NCBI GenBank assembly: GCA_003645085.1
Contig: QNEE01000001.1
Span: 1,282 to 65,281, forward strand
Source: a bacterium
GTDB lineage: Bacteria > UBP14 > UBA6098
Length of the DNA: 64,000 nt
Direction: 5' to 3'
Shown here: positions 47,131 through 57,074 of the stretch, in pieces
Position numbering within the stretch: position 1 is the first letter of the stretch
Layout: each line of letters begins with the position of its first letter
Translations under genes and position numbers: made by a program
The notes under the pieces: model-generated
Seen by the model: the letters and a program-made list of their open reading frames with translations, nothing else
The model's database searches: none
Told to the model about the DNA's origin: nothing

Positions 47131-48174
47131 TTATGTGTTTATGTCACTTATATCTATTAATTCGTATTCAGGCTTAGGAGTAAAAAGGTCTCCTTTTAAT
47201 GTCTCTATTTTCTTGATAGTTGCTTTTATTGCATGTTCTGATTTATCTATACCAATCCACTTTCTACCAAGTAAATGAGCAGATTTTAATGTAGTTCCTG
47301 ATCCACAGAAGCAATCTAATACAATACTTTTACGATTGGACGATGTTTTGATAATTAAATCTAACATATCAGAATTCTTTTCTGTTGGATACGTTGGATA
47401 TTGTGGGTCTTTAAACTCCCAAATATCCTGAACTCTTTTACCTTCTCTTTCATCGGCAAAAATAATCTTTCTTGGGTTACCCGTCTTTGACCATTCAATA
47501 AGCCCTTCTTTATCCCATTGTTCAAGTGTTTCTACATCTGTTCTCCAATGTCTTCCTTTAGGAGGTAGCATTCCTTTAAACGGTTGGTTAGATTTACCGT
47601 TTTCCGTTTCACCTGGAGCATGTATGGGAACCGTTGTATATCTTCTTCCCTTTTCTATTTTTGGAAATAGTTTTTTTAAGTCATCTTCAGAGTATTTTTC
47701 TCTAGGTTCATTCCAAATCGGTTCCTGTGATTTTGTATAAAATAGAATAAGGTCTTTAATATTGCCATATCCTATTCTATTAAAGTTTTTAGGGTTACAT
47801 TTTATTCTTGTTATATCATTACGGAAATTTTCTATCCCAAATACTTCATCCATCATTACTTTTACATAATGTCCAATCTTATAATCAATATGAAGATAAA
47901 TTGACCCTTTATCTGTTAGCAACTCTTTTATTAACAGCAATCTTTGTCTTAAAAATTCGATAAAATCTTCTCCTATTAATTTATCAGAGTAAGCAATATC
48001 TCCATTTCGTGAATTACTTATTGTTGACGCTCTGCCATCAGTAATTGTAAAATTTCCATTTGTTGCAAATGGAGGGTCAATATACACTAAATCTATCTTT
48101 CCTTTTAAGTTTCTGGTGCTTAAAAGATATTTAAGACCTTCAATATTATCGCCTTTTATTATTATATTTTTCAT
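47131..48174 (-). CDS. Site-specific DNA methyltransferase, beta-class amino-MTase (N6-adenine or N4-cytosine).
   Basis: Motif IV LVYIDPPFATNG near the N-terminus. Motif I VLDCFCGSGTT near the C-terminus (beta-class circular permutation). Confidence 0.85.
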   Translation of the reverse strand: MKNIIIKGDNIEGLKYLLSTRNLKGKIDLVYIDPPFATNGNFTITDGRASTISNSRNGDIAYSDKLIGEDFIEFLRQRLLLIKELLTDKGSIYLHIDYKIGHYVKVMMDEVFGIENFRNDITRIKCNPKNFNRIGYGNIKDLILFYTKSQEPIWNEPREKYSEDDLKKLFPKIEKGRRYTTVPIHAPGETENGKSNQPFKGMLPPKGRHWRTDVETLEQWDKEGLIEWSKTGNPRKIIFADEREGKRVQDIWEFKDPQYPTYPTEKNSDMLDLIIKTSSNRKSIVLDCFCGSGTTLKSAHLLGRKWIGIDKSEHAIKATIKKIETLKGDLFTPKPEYELIDISDINT

Positions 48175-48185
48175 TATTTAAGAAC

Positions 48186-48977
48186 CTATAATTGGTAAAG
48201 GAATTCACGCAGAACTAAAGCACTCATGATATTATAATCTTGTAATTCTTCAGTTATTCTGCGATACATTTTATTTCTACCCTCAATATAGAGTACACCA
48301 TCTAATATTGCAACTTTAATTGCGTCAACATCTGTTGTTACTGTACTGACAGCATCGTTAAATTGGGCATTTTGATGCCCGCCAAAATCTGTTAAGAACT
48401 TTGCCTCCCCAATAACATATTGATTGTTGAATCTTGCCACAAAATCCAACCCTTTTTTATGATTATAGCCAAGATGCTCTCTTGCAAACCGCATCATCTC
48501 TGCATCTCCAGCATCTAATATGGCATTCTCATCAGAATTTATAAATTGTTCAAAAGGAATAGGCCTCACTCCAAGTACACCTCTATTCAACCATCTTCTA
48601 AATAATGGACCAATTTGTCTATTTGTTTCTTTTGGTTCTGAACATCTCTCATAAATTTTTTCTAATCCCATTTCATAAAGGCGCCCGCATAATCTATTAA
48701 CAGTTTGTGGATTTCTTTCTATTGCCGATTTGTCTCGTTTTAAATATGCAACATAGGAATCCTTGATTGGAAATAAATCAAACCTTAACAGTGTTTTTAG
48801 AAGTTCGATATTATTTTGACTATTGAAGTATTCCTCAACAGATTCCCATAATTCGTCATCAATATCTCTTATTCCTTCTGGAATAGTAGGATACACACTA
48901 AATAATTCGTCTAAGTAGTTTCTTTGATTAGCAAACTCAATACTTAATTGTGTCCAATAGTTCATAAATTTCTCCAT
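48186..48977 (-). CDS. Putative Type II restriction endonuclease (PD-(D/E)xK candidate) partnered with the MTase.
   Basis: 263 aa, no known housekeeping similarity. Possible catalytic …D…VIGEAKF (ExK) segment. Located immediately upstream of the MTase. Confidence 0.55.
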   Translation of the reverse strand: MEKFMNYWTQLSIEFANQRNYLDELFSVYPTIPEGIRDIDDELWESVEEYFNSQNNIELLKTLLRFDLFPIKDSYVAYLKRDKSAIERNPQTVNRLCGRLYEMGLEKIYERCSEPKETNRQIGPLFRRWLNRGVLGVRPIPFEQFINSDENAILDAGDAEMMRFAREHLGYNHKKGLDFVARFNNQYVIGEAKFLTDFGGHQNAQFNDAVSTVTTDVDAIKVAILDGVLYIEGRNKMYRRITEELQDYNIMSALVLREFLYQL

Positions 48978-49114
48978 TTGTTTTTACACACAATTCTTTA
49001 TATTTAACATTATCGGTAAATTCCTGCTAAATGTCAAGTCCGAGTAGAGAATTTTAATAGTATATTTCTGACCGTTTTTAAAGGGGGTATTTTCGCTTTC
49101 ATTATTTGGACTTA

Positions 49115-52100
49115 CTACCGAATAAGAAGAACCTTCGCGCCGCGACTTTGCGCGACGGAAACAGGTCTTATATAATATACGCCCGAAGGAAGATTTTCGG
49201 CCTTAAATGTGAATTTATATGTTCCCGGTGATAACCGTCCGCCAAAGGGCGTAGAAACGATTCTACCGGTTATATCGAAAATATCTAACTCGATTTGCAT
49301 CTCGTTCTTCGCGGAGACGCGAATTTCTATCGAAACCGTTTCGTTAAAGGGATTCGGCCAGACACGGTCAACAGAGATTTCGTCTGGCACCGTTTTATAT
49401 TCTTCGATAGAACCTCCGGTTCCGAGCGGCATCCAGATTTTCAGAGTGGTAATATAGGAAGCGCTTTCCGATGTTAAACGAACCGGAACCTCGATAAGGC
49501 TGTCTGTGGGCGAATAGACGGCTGTGCTACACAAAATCACGCTAGAACCGTTATATAGTCTATCTCCAGCCGGTATATCTCCAAGTAGAATCGGTGTGGC
49601 GCCCGGATACGCGAAAGGTGTCGCTATTACTTCGGCCTCAACTCCTGGGGCATCAGCACCACCGCCGTTTTCTATGCGCATCCTTATTCCGACCAACTCC
49701 CCCGGCTCGATTATCCCGTTGTCGTTGCCGAACGAATCGTCGAAAGAAAGGCTGTCGAGTAGGTAAAGCCAAGGGGAAGTGGAAGACATAGCTCCCCCCA
49801 ACGGGATACTTATATCGAAAGTATCATAATATTCGTAGGTTATACACCCGCCAGCAAGAACGAGTGAGAAATCCAACAGGCTTCCGGGGACAAGCTCGGG
49901 TGAGACGCTTATATTAAAACCGGGAGAAAGCGACCGGGCGGAAACCGCCGGGAAAGCATATATATCGTTGTAGTCGAGGGTAATAATAACGCTGTCTTCG
50001 TCTGTAGATAGGATTCCGACGACGTATTCCGCTGCGGCAAACGTATTATTGTGCAAATCGATACATATATCCGCGACCTCGCCAACATCGAGAACCCCGT
50101 TGTCATTGCCATAGGGATAAAAATCGTGGATACAAACGGAATCTATACCTGCAGAAAACCGATGGATGCCGGCTACGGGCTGGAAGGCTTTTAGCCACGG
50201 ACCGTCCGGGTGACCGCTAATAAGAATTGAAAAAAAGACCGTATCGACCGAGGGAAAATCCTCCGGGACAACAAAACGCACCTCGTCACCCTCTATTGTA
50301 TCCCATGTCGCCGCCGCCGGGAAGTCCGAAAGCGAATCGAGCCAGATTACAGGCACACTACAACCGACTTTACCCGTCAGTGTCGTGGCCGTATCCATCC
50401 CGAGATTCACAATGCGCGGATAAAAGCTATAAGTTTCGCCGGGGTTTATCAGACTATCGCCGTTGCCGGCTATCTCATTATAGCATATAGGCGCGGAATA
50501 TATCACGACTCCGGAAACGATAACGTCGATGGTGTCAACAAATGGATGCAGATTCGGTCCGGTTACGACTAAGATTATTTTCCGCGACGGGTCTGGAAAG
50601 ACGTCTATATCGATAGAGGCATCGCCCGCCGGATTCGTAATCGCGAAAGACATCGTGCTGTCCTGTGTTATCGCGACTCTCGCGTTTTCGACCGGAACAC
50701 CACCGGCAAAAACGGTAACGGGCACGGTGCAAAATCCCGCCGGTAAAGCGGACGGATATGTAACTTCGGGATATTGTATCGGCGCCGTCCAGGCGAGCAT
50801 TTCCGGGCTACCTATCAGGTTCGCCGTTTTATATTCGTAAACGGCTCTCGAGGAGCCTCCGAATTCCGCCCACATCTCGTTCTTTCCGTATGTGTGCGCA
50901 GCGGCGAGTTCGTTCAGGCCGACCTCGAGAAGCCCCTCGGAAATATGTTTCGAGAGGGAGGACCGTTCTAGAGAATATACGCTTACAACGGACTGCCCGA
51001 ACCAAGCTACCGAACCGCGAGGATTGGCAACCGACCCGGCGCGTGTGCTTAGTTCGCATATATTGTCATCGCCGGCGTGGAACCTGCCGGTTACGCAGGT
51101 TATCGAGTTCGTTACGGGGCATTTGCGTCCGGTGTTAAGGTTATATAGGTTTGTAAACGGATAATACCAATCGGGAAAGGCCTGGCCACGATAGACGACA
51201 TAGCTGCAACCCGCCTGAATGTATGGCAAAACGTCGCTACTCGTATGCCCCAGGGAATCCCTGAAAACCGGCGCCGATATAAAACCGTTCGCAAGGGATT
51301 GTTCCATTGCATATATCACGGCCGCCGCGTAAGAGGAATCGACAGGCCCATACGGCGGGCCGTCCTCGTTGACCACCCCTACCGCACGCACCCACCAACT
51401 ATCGGCCATATCCGGTTGCATCTCGAAATTTAAGTGCTTTCTTACGAGAATATCGACGTGACTATCGGTATCGCACGACATTCTCCCCGGGAAAATATCC
51501 GGAAATTGGTCGACACCGTCAACACAACCGTAGTAGTTATCCCCCGTTCCGTAGTCGCCCCACTCGTAAGTCGGTATCTGGTCCGAATCACCTATAAACA
51601 GCAAATAAACCGGTGGAATCGCCCATGTGTCGTAAGCGGTCTGGATATACGATTTAATACTCGCCAGACTGGTCCCGGTAACGCTCGTTGGGACCACTAT
51701 CGTCGGGATACCTTTCAGAAGTTTCCACTCTATCCAGGGTTGGACCGCATAGACAAAACCATCGTAGGCGATAACCAGCAATTCCGCACCGTCATCCGGG
51801 TCCCATTCGGTCGCTGAATATGTCGCCCGGTTGGGAATAGCGGCGTCTGGGTTTACGAGCGTGGCGCGATACAACCGCTCGAAAGCGGGATGGTAAAGCC
51901 TTCTATCGCACGCTGTTCCCTCCCCACCCGTATGATTAACGACGATTTCCGCGTTTCGCATAAATCTGATGCCGCGGTTAGGGTCATATTCCACTGGTAT
52001 CAGGTCTATGGCCGCTATCTCTACCCCGCGAATTGTGAACGAACCAATAAATTCGGCACCGCCGCCGAAGGACCGAGAATACAATTGCTTATCGATATCA

Positions 52101-52450
52101 GGGGAATCGCCCGGATAGTTCGTTATCGAACCGACCGGTGCAGGTAGGATATCGACCCAATCCGACCAGTCGATATCGACAAGGTCGACCGAAATATCCG
52201 AACCGCGAGGTATCGCTACTCTATAAACTCGCCCACAAAGACACGGGGCTCCCGGTTTTCCACGGTAACCGAAACCGTCGAGACCGAGGCGAAAATAGCC
52301 TTTGCCCATCTCATCTATCGAAGGTTCCGACAATTCGACCGAGAATCGCGTGAATTCTGAATTGTCGGCGATAAGATGTGCGTTGTCGAGACCGACCGTC
52401 GCCCCGGCGAGGATAATCAGGATAATATAAAGTGATATTTTCATGGACAT
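49115..52450 (-). CDS. C25-family cysteine peptidase with T9SS C-terminal domain; PorU-like (T9SS sortase) candidate.
   Basis: Signal peptide. Segment …AELLVIAYDGFVYAVQPWIEWKLLKGIPTIVVPTSVTGTSLASIKSYIQTAYDTWAIPPVYLLFIGDSDQIPTY… matches the gingipain/PorU (C25) N-terminal catalytic region. C-terminus …VWPNPFNETVSIEIRV…GVYYIRPVSV…KVLLIR is a T9SS CTD. Size (1111 aa) is similar to PorU. Confidence 0.65.
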   Translation of the reverse strand: MSMKISLYIILIILAGATVGLDNAHLIADNSEFTRFSVELSEPSIDEMGKGYFRLGLDGFGYRGKPGAPCLCGRVYRVAIPRGSDISVDLVDIDWSDWVDILPAPVGSITNYPGDSPDIDKQLYSRSFGGGAEFIGSFTIRGVEIAAIDLIPVEYDPNRGIRFMRNAEIVVNHTGGEGTACDRRLYHPAFERLYRATLVNPDAAIPNRATYSATEWDPDDGAELLVIAYDGFVYAVQPWIEWKLLKGIPTIVVPTSVTGTSLASIKSYIQTAYDTWAIPPVYLLFIGDSDQIPTYEWGDYGTGDNYYGCVDGVDQFPDIFPGRMSCDTDSHVDILVRKHLNFEMQPDMADSWWVRAVGVVNEDGPPYGPVDSSYAAAVIYAMEQSLANGFISAPVFRDSLGHTSSDVLPYIQAGCSYVVYRGQAFPDWYYPFTNLYNLNTGRKCPVTNSITCVTGRFHAGDDNICELSTRAGSVANPRGSVAWFGQSVVSVYSLERSSLSKHISEGLLEVGLNELAAAHTYGKNEMWAEFGGSSRAVYEYKTANLIGSPEMLAWTAPIQYPEVTYPSALPAGFCTVPVTVFAGGVPVENARVAITQDSTMSFAITNPAGDASIDIDVFPDPSRKIILVVTGPNLHPFVDTIDVIVSGVVIYSAPICYNEIAGNGDSLINPGETYSFYPRIVNLGMDTATTLTGKVGCSVPVIWLDSLSDFPAAATWDTIEGDEVRFVVPEDFPSVDTVFFSILISGHPDGPWLKAFQPVAGIHRFSAGIDSVCIHDFYPYGNDNGVLDVGEVADICIDLHNNTFAAAEYVVGILSTDEDSVIITLDYNDIYAFPAVSARSLSPGFNISVSPELVPGSLLDFSLVLAGGCITYEYYDTFDISIPLGGAMSSTSPWLYLLDSLSFDDSFGNDNGIIEPGELVGIRMRIENGGGADAPGVEAEVIATPFAYPGATPILLGDIPAGDRLYNGSSVILCSTAVYSPTDSLIEVPVRLTSESASYITTLKIWMPLGTGGSIEEYKTVPDEISVDRVWPNPFNETVSIEIRVSAKNEMQIELDIFDITGRIVSTPFGGRLSPGTYKFTFKAENLPSGVYYIRPVSVAQSRGAKVLLIR

Positions 52451-52588
52451 TTAAAGAAATAAATACATCATACATAATACTACGTAATCTCAGGCATAAG
52501 GTCAAATCAATTCGTTCTCTTGCCCAGATTTTTTAGTCCGCCGTTTTATATGAAACAGACTTGAATATCTAGATTTAATTTGTATTTT

Positions 52589-54457
52589 ATGTCCGTGAAT
52601 AATGATTTCGATATTGTAGTCGTCGGTGGAGGTCACGCCGGCGTCGAGGCTGCAGTCGCTGGCGCGCGATTCGGTTTTAAGATTGCCCTCGTTACTTTCC
52701 GCCGAAGCGCTATCGGCCGGATGAGTTGTAATCCGGCTACCGGGGGGCTGGCAAAAAGCCAGGTAGTCCGCGAGGTCGATGCCCTCGGAGGAATAATGGG
52801 AATCTGCGCCGACGAAACGGCGATACAATACAGAACCCTAAACAAAAAGAAGGGTGCCGCCGTCAGAGCGACCCGATGCCAGAACGACAGAGCATCTTAC
52901 GAAAAGGCTGTTCAGAGTAGACTCGGGGAATTCCCCGATATCACGGTTGTTGAGGGTGAAGCCTCGTCGATTTTGACCCGCAAGGGAAAGGTCGAGGCCG
53001 TATTATTGACAGATAGCTCGCGGATAGATTGCTGCGCGGCGATAATCGCCACGGGGACGTTTCTCGGCGGGAAAATATTCACAGGCCGCGATGAAAGACT
53101 CTCCGGCAGGCGGGGCGAACCGCCGGCTATGGAACTTTCCAAGTGGCTCGAATCGGCGGGCATAAAACTGCTTCGTTTCAAAACCGGGACGCCGCCGAGA
53201 ATATCGACGAAAAACGTCGATTACGATTCCCTAGTCATTCAACCCGGCGAGGACGATTATCGGCCGTTCTCTATATTCACCGAAAACCGCCTATCTATCG
53301 AAAGACAATTTCCCTGCTGGATAACCTACACTACCGAAAAAAGTTGCGATATAATACGTAAGAATATCGAGCTTTGCCCGATGTTCGACGGCAGAATCGC
53401 CGGAACCGGCCCGCGATATTGCCCATCTCTCGAGGTCAAAGTAGTGCGCTTCACAGATAGAACGAACCATACTGTTTTCCTCGAACCCGAAGGAATAAAT
53501 GTGCCCGAACTTTATGTCAACGGGGTTTCTATGAGTGTGCCAGCAGACATCCAGGAAAAGGTTCTGCACACTATTCCGGGTCTCGAGAATTGCATTATGA
53601 CAAAGCCCGGTTACGCGGTAGAATACGACTGTATAGACCCGCGCCAGCTCGATAAGACACTCGAATACCGGGAAATAGAAAACCTGTATTTTGCCGGGCA
53701 GGTCAATGGAACCAGCGGCTATGAAGAAGCCGCCGGTCAGGGGGTTTACGCCGGAATAAACGCGGCACTTAAACTTAAAGGCGAAAAACCGTTTACACTC
53801 GAACGAAAAGAAGCTTATATAGCAGTAATGATAGACGACTTTCTTACCCGGGGGGTCGACGAACCATATAGACTGTTCACATCCCGCGCGGAAAACCGTC
53901 TTAGGCTTCGCGAGGACAACGCAATCCGAAGAATGCTTCCATATTCAGAAAGATACAGGCTGTTACCGGAAGATAAAATCGAGAAATACAATCGGTATAT
54001 CGATATTTACTGGGAAGAGATGAGGCGTCTTTCGAAAATAAACGTATCGAAGCGGTTTGCGCGACATTTATCCGGGCCGGGTAGACCGACCGGAGAAAGA
54101 TATCTGAAAATACCGGGCGCGAAATACGAGGATTTGGTAAATGACGGAGTCGGGAACATATCTTTACCCGAGGAGGTTATCGAATGGCTCGAGGTCGATA
54201 TAGCATACGATGGTTTTATTCGTCGCGAGGACGCACGCGCGGAAAGGACCGAAAATATATTGAGGATTCGGATACCGGAGAGGTTCGATTTTAATAAAGT
54301 TCATTCTCTTTCTACGGAAGCGCTGGAAAAGTTGAATGCACGAAGACCCGTGACCCTTGCGGAGGCTTCTGAGATACCCGGAATAACGCCGGCGGATATA
54401 TTTACTCTTTTTGCGGCGATACGAAAGTCTAATGTTTCACGTGAAACAATTATATAG
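52589..54457 (+). CDS. mnmG: tRNA uridine-5-carboxymethylaminomethyl modification enzyme MnmG (GidA). The ORF track starts at TTG 52580.
   Basis: [26 protein letters not shown]-binding motif; 620-aa class. Confidence 0.95.
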   Translation: MSVNNDFDIVVVGGGHAGVEAAVAGARFGFKIALVTFRRSAIGRMSCNPATGGLAKSQVVREVDALGGIMGICADETAIQYRTLNKKKGAAVRATRCQNDRASYEKAVQSRLGEFPDITVVEGEASSILTRKGKVEAVLLTDSSRIDCCAAIIATGTFLGGKIFTGRDERLSGRRGEPPAMELSKWLESAGIKLLRFKTGTPPRISTKNVDYDSLVIQPGEDDYRPFSIFTENRLSIERQFPCWITYTTEKSCDIIRKNIELCPMFDGRIAGTGPRYCPSLEVKVVRFTDRTNHTVFLEPEGINVPELYVNGVSMSVPADIQEKVLHTIPGLENCIMTKPGYAVEYDCIDPRQLDKTLEYREIENLYFAGQVNGTSGYEEAAGQGVYAGINAALKLKGEKPFTLERKEAYIAVMIDDFLTRGVDEPYRLFTSRAENRLRLREDNAIRRMLPYSERYRLLPEDKIEKYNRYIDIYWEEMRRLSKINVSKRFARHLSGPGRPTGERYLKIPGAKYEDLVNDGVGNISLPEEVIEWLEVDIAYDGFIRREDARAERTENILRIRIPERFDFNKVHSLSTEALEKLNARRPVTLAEASEIPGITPADIFTLFAAIRKSNVSRETII

Positions 54458-55111
54458 ATGATTGAGAAACAGGTAGAATTTCTTTTCGAGACTGCACAAA
54501 AACACGTTTTTGAATTCCCAAAAGAAGCGCGGGGCAGATTTTTGCTTTACGGTTCTCTTATCCGAAAAACCACAAGCAGCTTTAATTTAGTATCGAAAAA
54601 CGAAATCGAACGGCTTGGTCGCCGTCATTTTCTCGACTCTCTATCCCCGCTATTATTCGGTATAATTAAGCCTCCTGCGAAACTGCTGGACATAGGCTCC
54701 GGCGCCGGATTGCCCGGTATCCCTCTCGCTATAGCTGAACCGGGTTTAGAGATTAGTATGCTCGAATCCGTCTCAAAAAAAGCCCGTTTTATCGACAGGG
54801 CAATAAAAGAAATCGGCCTGCGAAACGCCGAGATTCTCGCTATCAGACTGGAAAAGCTCCCTCAAAATCCGATATTCGAATACTGCACCGCCCGCGCTGT
54901 CTCATCGATTGAAAAACTTCTTCCCAGTATATATCCGCATTTGAAAACGCGCGGGAAAGCTATATTTTTCAAGGGGCAAAATCCTGAACGGGAAATAGAA
55001 AAAGCTCGAATAATATCGGAAGAAATAGGCTTTCAAAACCCAACAGTATTCAAACTCCCCGACGATTTATCGCCCTGTAATCGCACCCTCGTAGTCTATG
55101 AAAAGACTTAA
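54458..55111 (+). CDS. rsmG: 16S rRNA (guanine527-N7)-methyltransferase RsmG (GidB).
   Basis: LLDIGSGAGLPGIPLAI SAM motif. Follows mnmG with TAGATG overlap. Confidence 0.9.
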   Translation: MIEKQVEFLFETAQKHVFEFPKEARGRFLLYGSLIRKTTSSFNLVSKNEIERLGRRHFLDSLSPLLFGIIKPPAKLLDIGSGAGLPGIPLAIAEPGLEISMLESVSKKARFIDRAIKEIGLRNAEILAIRLEKLPQNPIFEYCTARAVSSIEKLLPSIYPHLKTRGKAIFFKGQNPEREIEKARIISEEIGFQNPTVFKLPDDLSPCNRTLVVYEKT

Positions 55112-55686
55112 AGCTGTCTATCGGGACGGTCGTCTATTTGCTGAGATTTAGCACCCGAAAGCAACTCCCGGTTTTTCCAGAAATAGTCTATTCCGGTAAT
55201 CCAGGCCAGAGCGAAAACGACAATAAGCGACGCAGTTCCCAACCAGAAACCCTCTACGCGACCCCCAAAAGCTATATAGGAAATTATGCCTATCAGACTA
55301 ACTAATTCAAAAATGGTTTTTGCTTTAGCCATTCTACTCGGAAGAATGCGGCGTCCGCGATTTAATCCCCAGAACCTGAAACTCGTTACCACAACATCGC
55401 GCACGATTATCCCGATAACCGGCCATATATCCGTAAAGCCGGTCGCTGCCACGGCCGCGAGCGCAAATCCCGAAAGCAATTTGTCCGCTACCGGGTCTGC
55501 GAACTGGCCGAAACCGGTAACAACCTTATGTCTTCGAGCAAAAAAACCGTCGAGCCAGTCTGTTAGCGCGCCGACCAGGAACAAACCAAGGCCTACTTTT
55601 AGCCAGATACCGCCGTTATTTAACGATAAAAAAACGAGCGGGGCTAAAATAATCCTTACAACGGTTAGCGCGTTGGGGAAGTTCAT
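55108..55686 (-). CDS. pgsA: CDP-diacylglycerol--glycerol-3-phosphate 3-phosphatidyltransferase (CDP-alcohol phosphatidyltransferase).
   Basis: …NALTVVRIILAPLVFL…DWLDGFFARR… CDP-OH-P-transferase motif. Confidence 0.85.
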   Translation of the reverse strand: MNFPNALTVVRIILAPLVFLSLNNGGIWLKVGLGLFLVGALTDWLDGFFARRHKVVTGFGQFADPVADKLLSGFALAAVAATGFTDIWPVIGIIVRDVVVTSFRFWGLNRGRRILPSRMAKAKTIFELVSLIGIISYIAFGGRVEGFWLGTASLIVVFALAWITGIDYFWKNRELLSGAKSQQIDDRPDRQL

Positions 55687-55952
55687 ATTTCTTCGCCGAA
55701 GCCCTCGGCAAAAAGCTTTTCGATAGCCTCTACGGCCTTTTTCTCATCGGGGCCATCGACCTCCAAAAGCAGAACCGTGCCTTTTGCCGCAGCTAATATC
55801 AAAACACCCATAATGCTCTTTGCATCCACCGTTAGTTCGTCTTTCTTAATCGTTATTCGGGAACGAAAACGGGCCGCTGTATGGACAAGCATAGTAGCCG
55901 GACGCGCGTGTAGGCCGAGCTTGTTGACTACACGTATCTCCTTCGTAATCAT
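55683..55952 (-). CDS. ptsH: Phosphocarrier protein HPr.
   Basis: …NKLGLHARPATMLV… active-site His15 region; 89 aa. Confidence 0.9.
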   Translation of the reverse strand: MITKEIRVVNKLGLHARPATMLVHTAARFRSRITIKKDELTVDAKSIMGVLILAAAKGTVLLLEVDGPDEKKAVEAIEKLFAEGFGEEI

Positions 55953-55964
55953 GCGGCTATCCCT

Positions 55965-57074
55965 TTAGACATTTCTGGCATAAAACATACCGGGTAATCT
56001 CTTTATCAGGTCGCGCATCTCCAGTTCCGTCAGCGTCGACATAACGTGCTGGGTGTCCATATTAGTTTCGCGGGCGATAACATCGATATGTTTCGGCTCG
56101 TAATCCAGAGCCTCGAAAAGGACTTTTAATACTCCGTCGAGACCCTTAGCGATATCTAACGCCTTTCTCCGAGCCTCTTTCGCAAGTTCGGGGACCCCGA
56201 GCGATTGGATAATTTGCGATGGTTCGGTTACTGGAATCGCGCCTTGTTGAATAAGCATATTAGTGCCGTCGGACGTCGGTCTGTCGACAGGCCCGGGTAA
56301 CGCAAAGACTTCTCTGCCCTGGTTCGCGGCGAATTCTGCCGTTATCAAAGCGCCGCTGCTCTTACCCCCCTCTATTACGAGCACACCGAGCGATATACCG
56401 CTGATAATCCTGTTTCGCCTCGGGAAATTATGCCCGATAGGTTGTGTTCCCATAGGCAATTCACTGATAACCGCGCCGGTCTCGATAATGCTCTCATATA
56501 GTTTTGTATGCATCATCGGGTAAACCACATCGACACCGCAGCCGAGCACCGCAATGGTTCTTCCGCCTGCTTTCACCGCCGCCTCCTGCGCTTCTGCGTC
56601 GATACCCATCGCCATACCGGAGACTACCGTAATATTCTGTTCGACAAGGTATTTTGCGAAACGCCTGGCCTGGTCTATCCCGTAGCGTGTCGCCCTCCGT
56701 GTTCCTACAATCCCTACGGCGACATCATCTAGAGGCTGCAGTTTGCCCTTAACGTATAGAACCGTCGGTGGGTCGAAAATAGAACGAAGTAATTTCGGGT
56801 ATTCTTTATCTAACGGTGTAACTATCGTTACATTTTCGCGCTCGATTAAATCTATTTCATTTTGTATGAATTCGTCTTTTTCGGGTTCATACGCAAGTAT
56901 CCCATTGACCGCGCTCGGCGGTATAAATTGCCCTAAAGAGGCTCTGTCTTGCCGAAAAACAGATTTCGCGTCGCCAAAACGCTCCAGAAGCGTTTTAGCG
57001 GTAACGGCGCCGATGTGCGGCGCTCGTGTCAGGGCGAGGTGCCAGAATATTCTCTGCTTTTCAGCAGGGTCCAT
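55965..57074 (-). CDS. dprA: DNA-processing protein DprA (Smf).
   Basis: Rossmann-like DprA domain (…VVSGMAMGIDAEAQEAAVKAGGRTIAVLGCGVDVVYP…) plus a C-terminal winged-helix region. Confidence 0.9.
   Translation of the reverse strand: MDPAEKQRIFWHLALTRAPHIGAVTAKTLLERFGDAKSVFRQDRASLGQFIPPSAVNGILAYEPEKDEFIQNEIDLIERENVTIVTPLDKEYPKLLRSIFDPPTVLYVKGKLQPLDDVAVGIVGTRRATRYGIDQARRFAKYLVEQNITVVSGMAMGIDAEAQEAAVKAGGRTIAVLGCGVDVVYPMMHTKLYESIIETGAVISELPMGTQPIGHNFPRRNRIISGISLGVLVIEGGKSSGALITAEFAANQGREVFALPGPVDRPTSDGTNMLIQQGAIPVTEPSQIIQSLGVPELAKEARRKALDIAKGLDGVLKVLFEALDYEPKHIDVIARETNMDTQHVMSTLTELEMRDLIKRLPGMFYARNV

Larger units (their letters stand above)
47112..49114 (-). mobile_element. Low-GC Type II restriction-modification island inserted between rplS and the PorU-like gene. 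No mobility genes.
   Basis: Strongly AT-rich coding sequence relative to the surroundings. REase and MTase genes sit 11 bp apart on the same strand. Confidence 0.55.
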
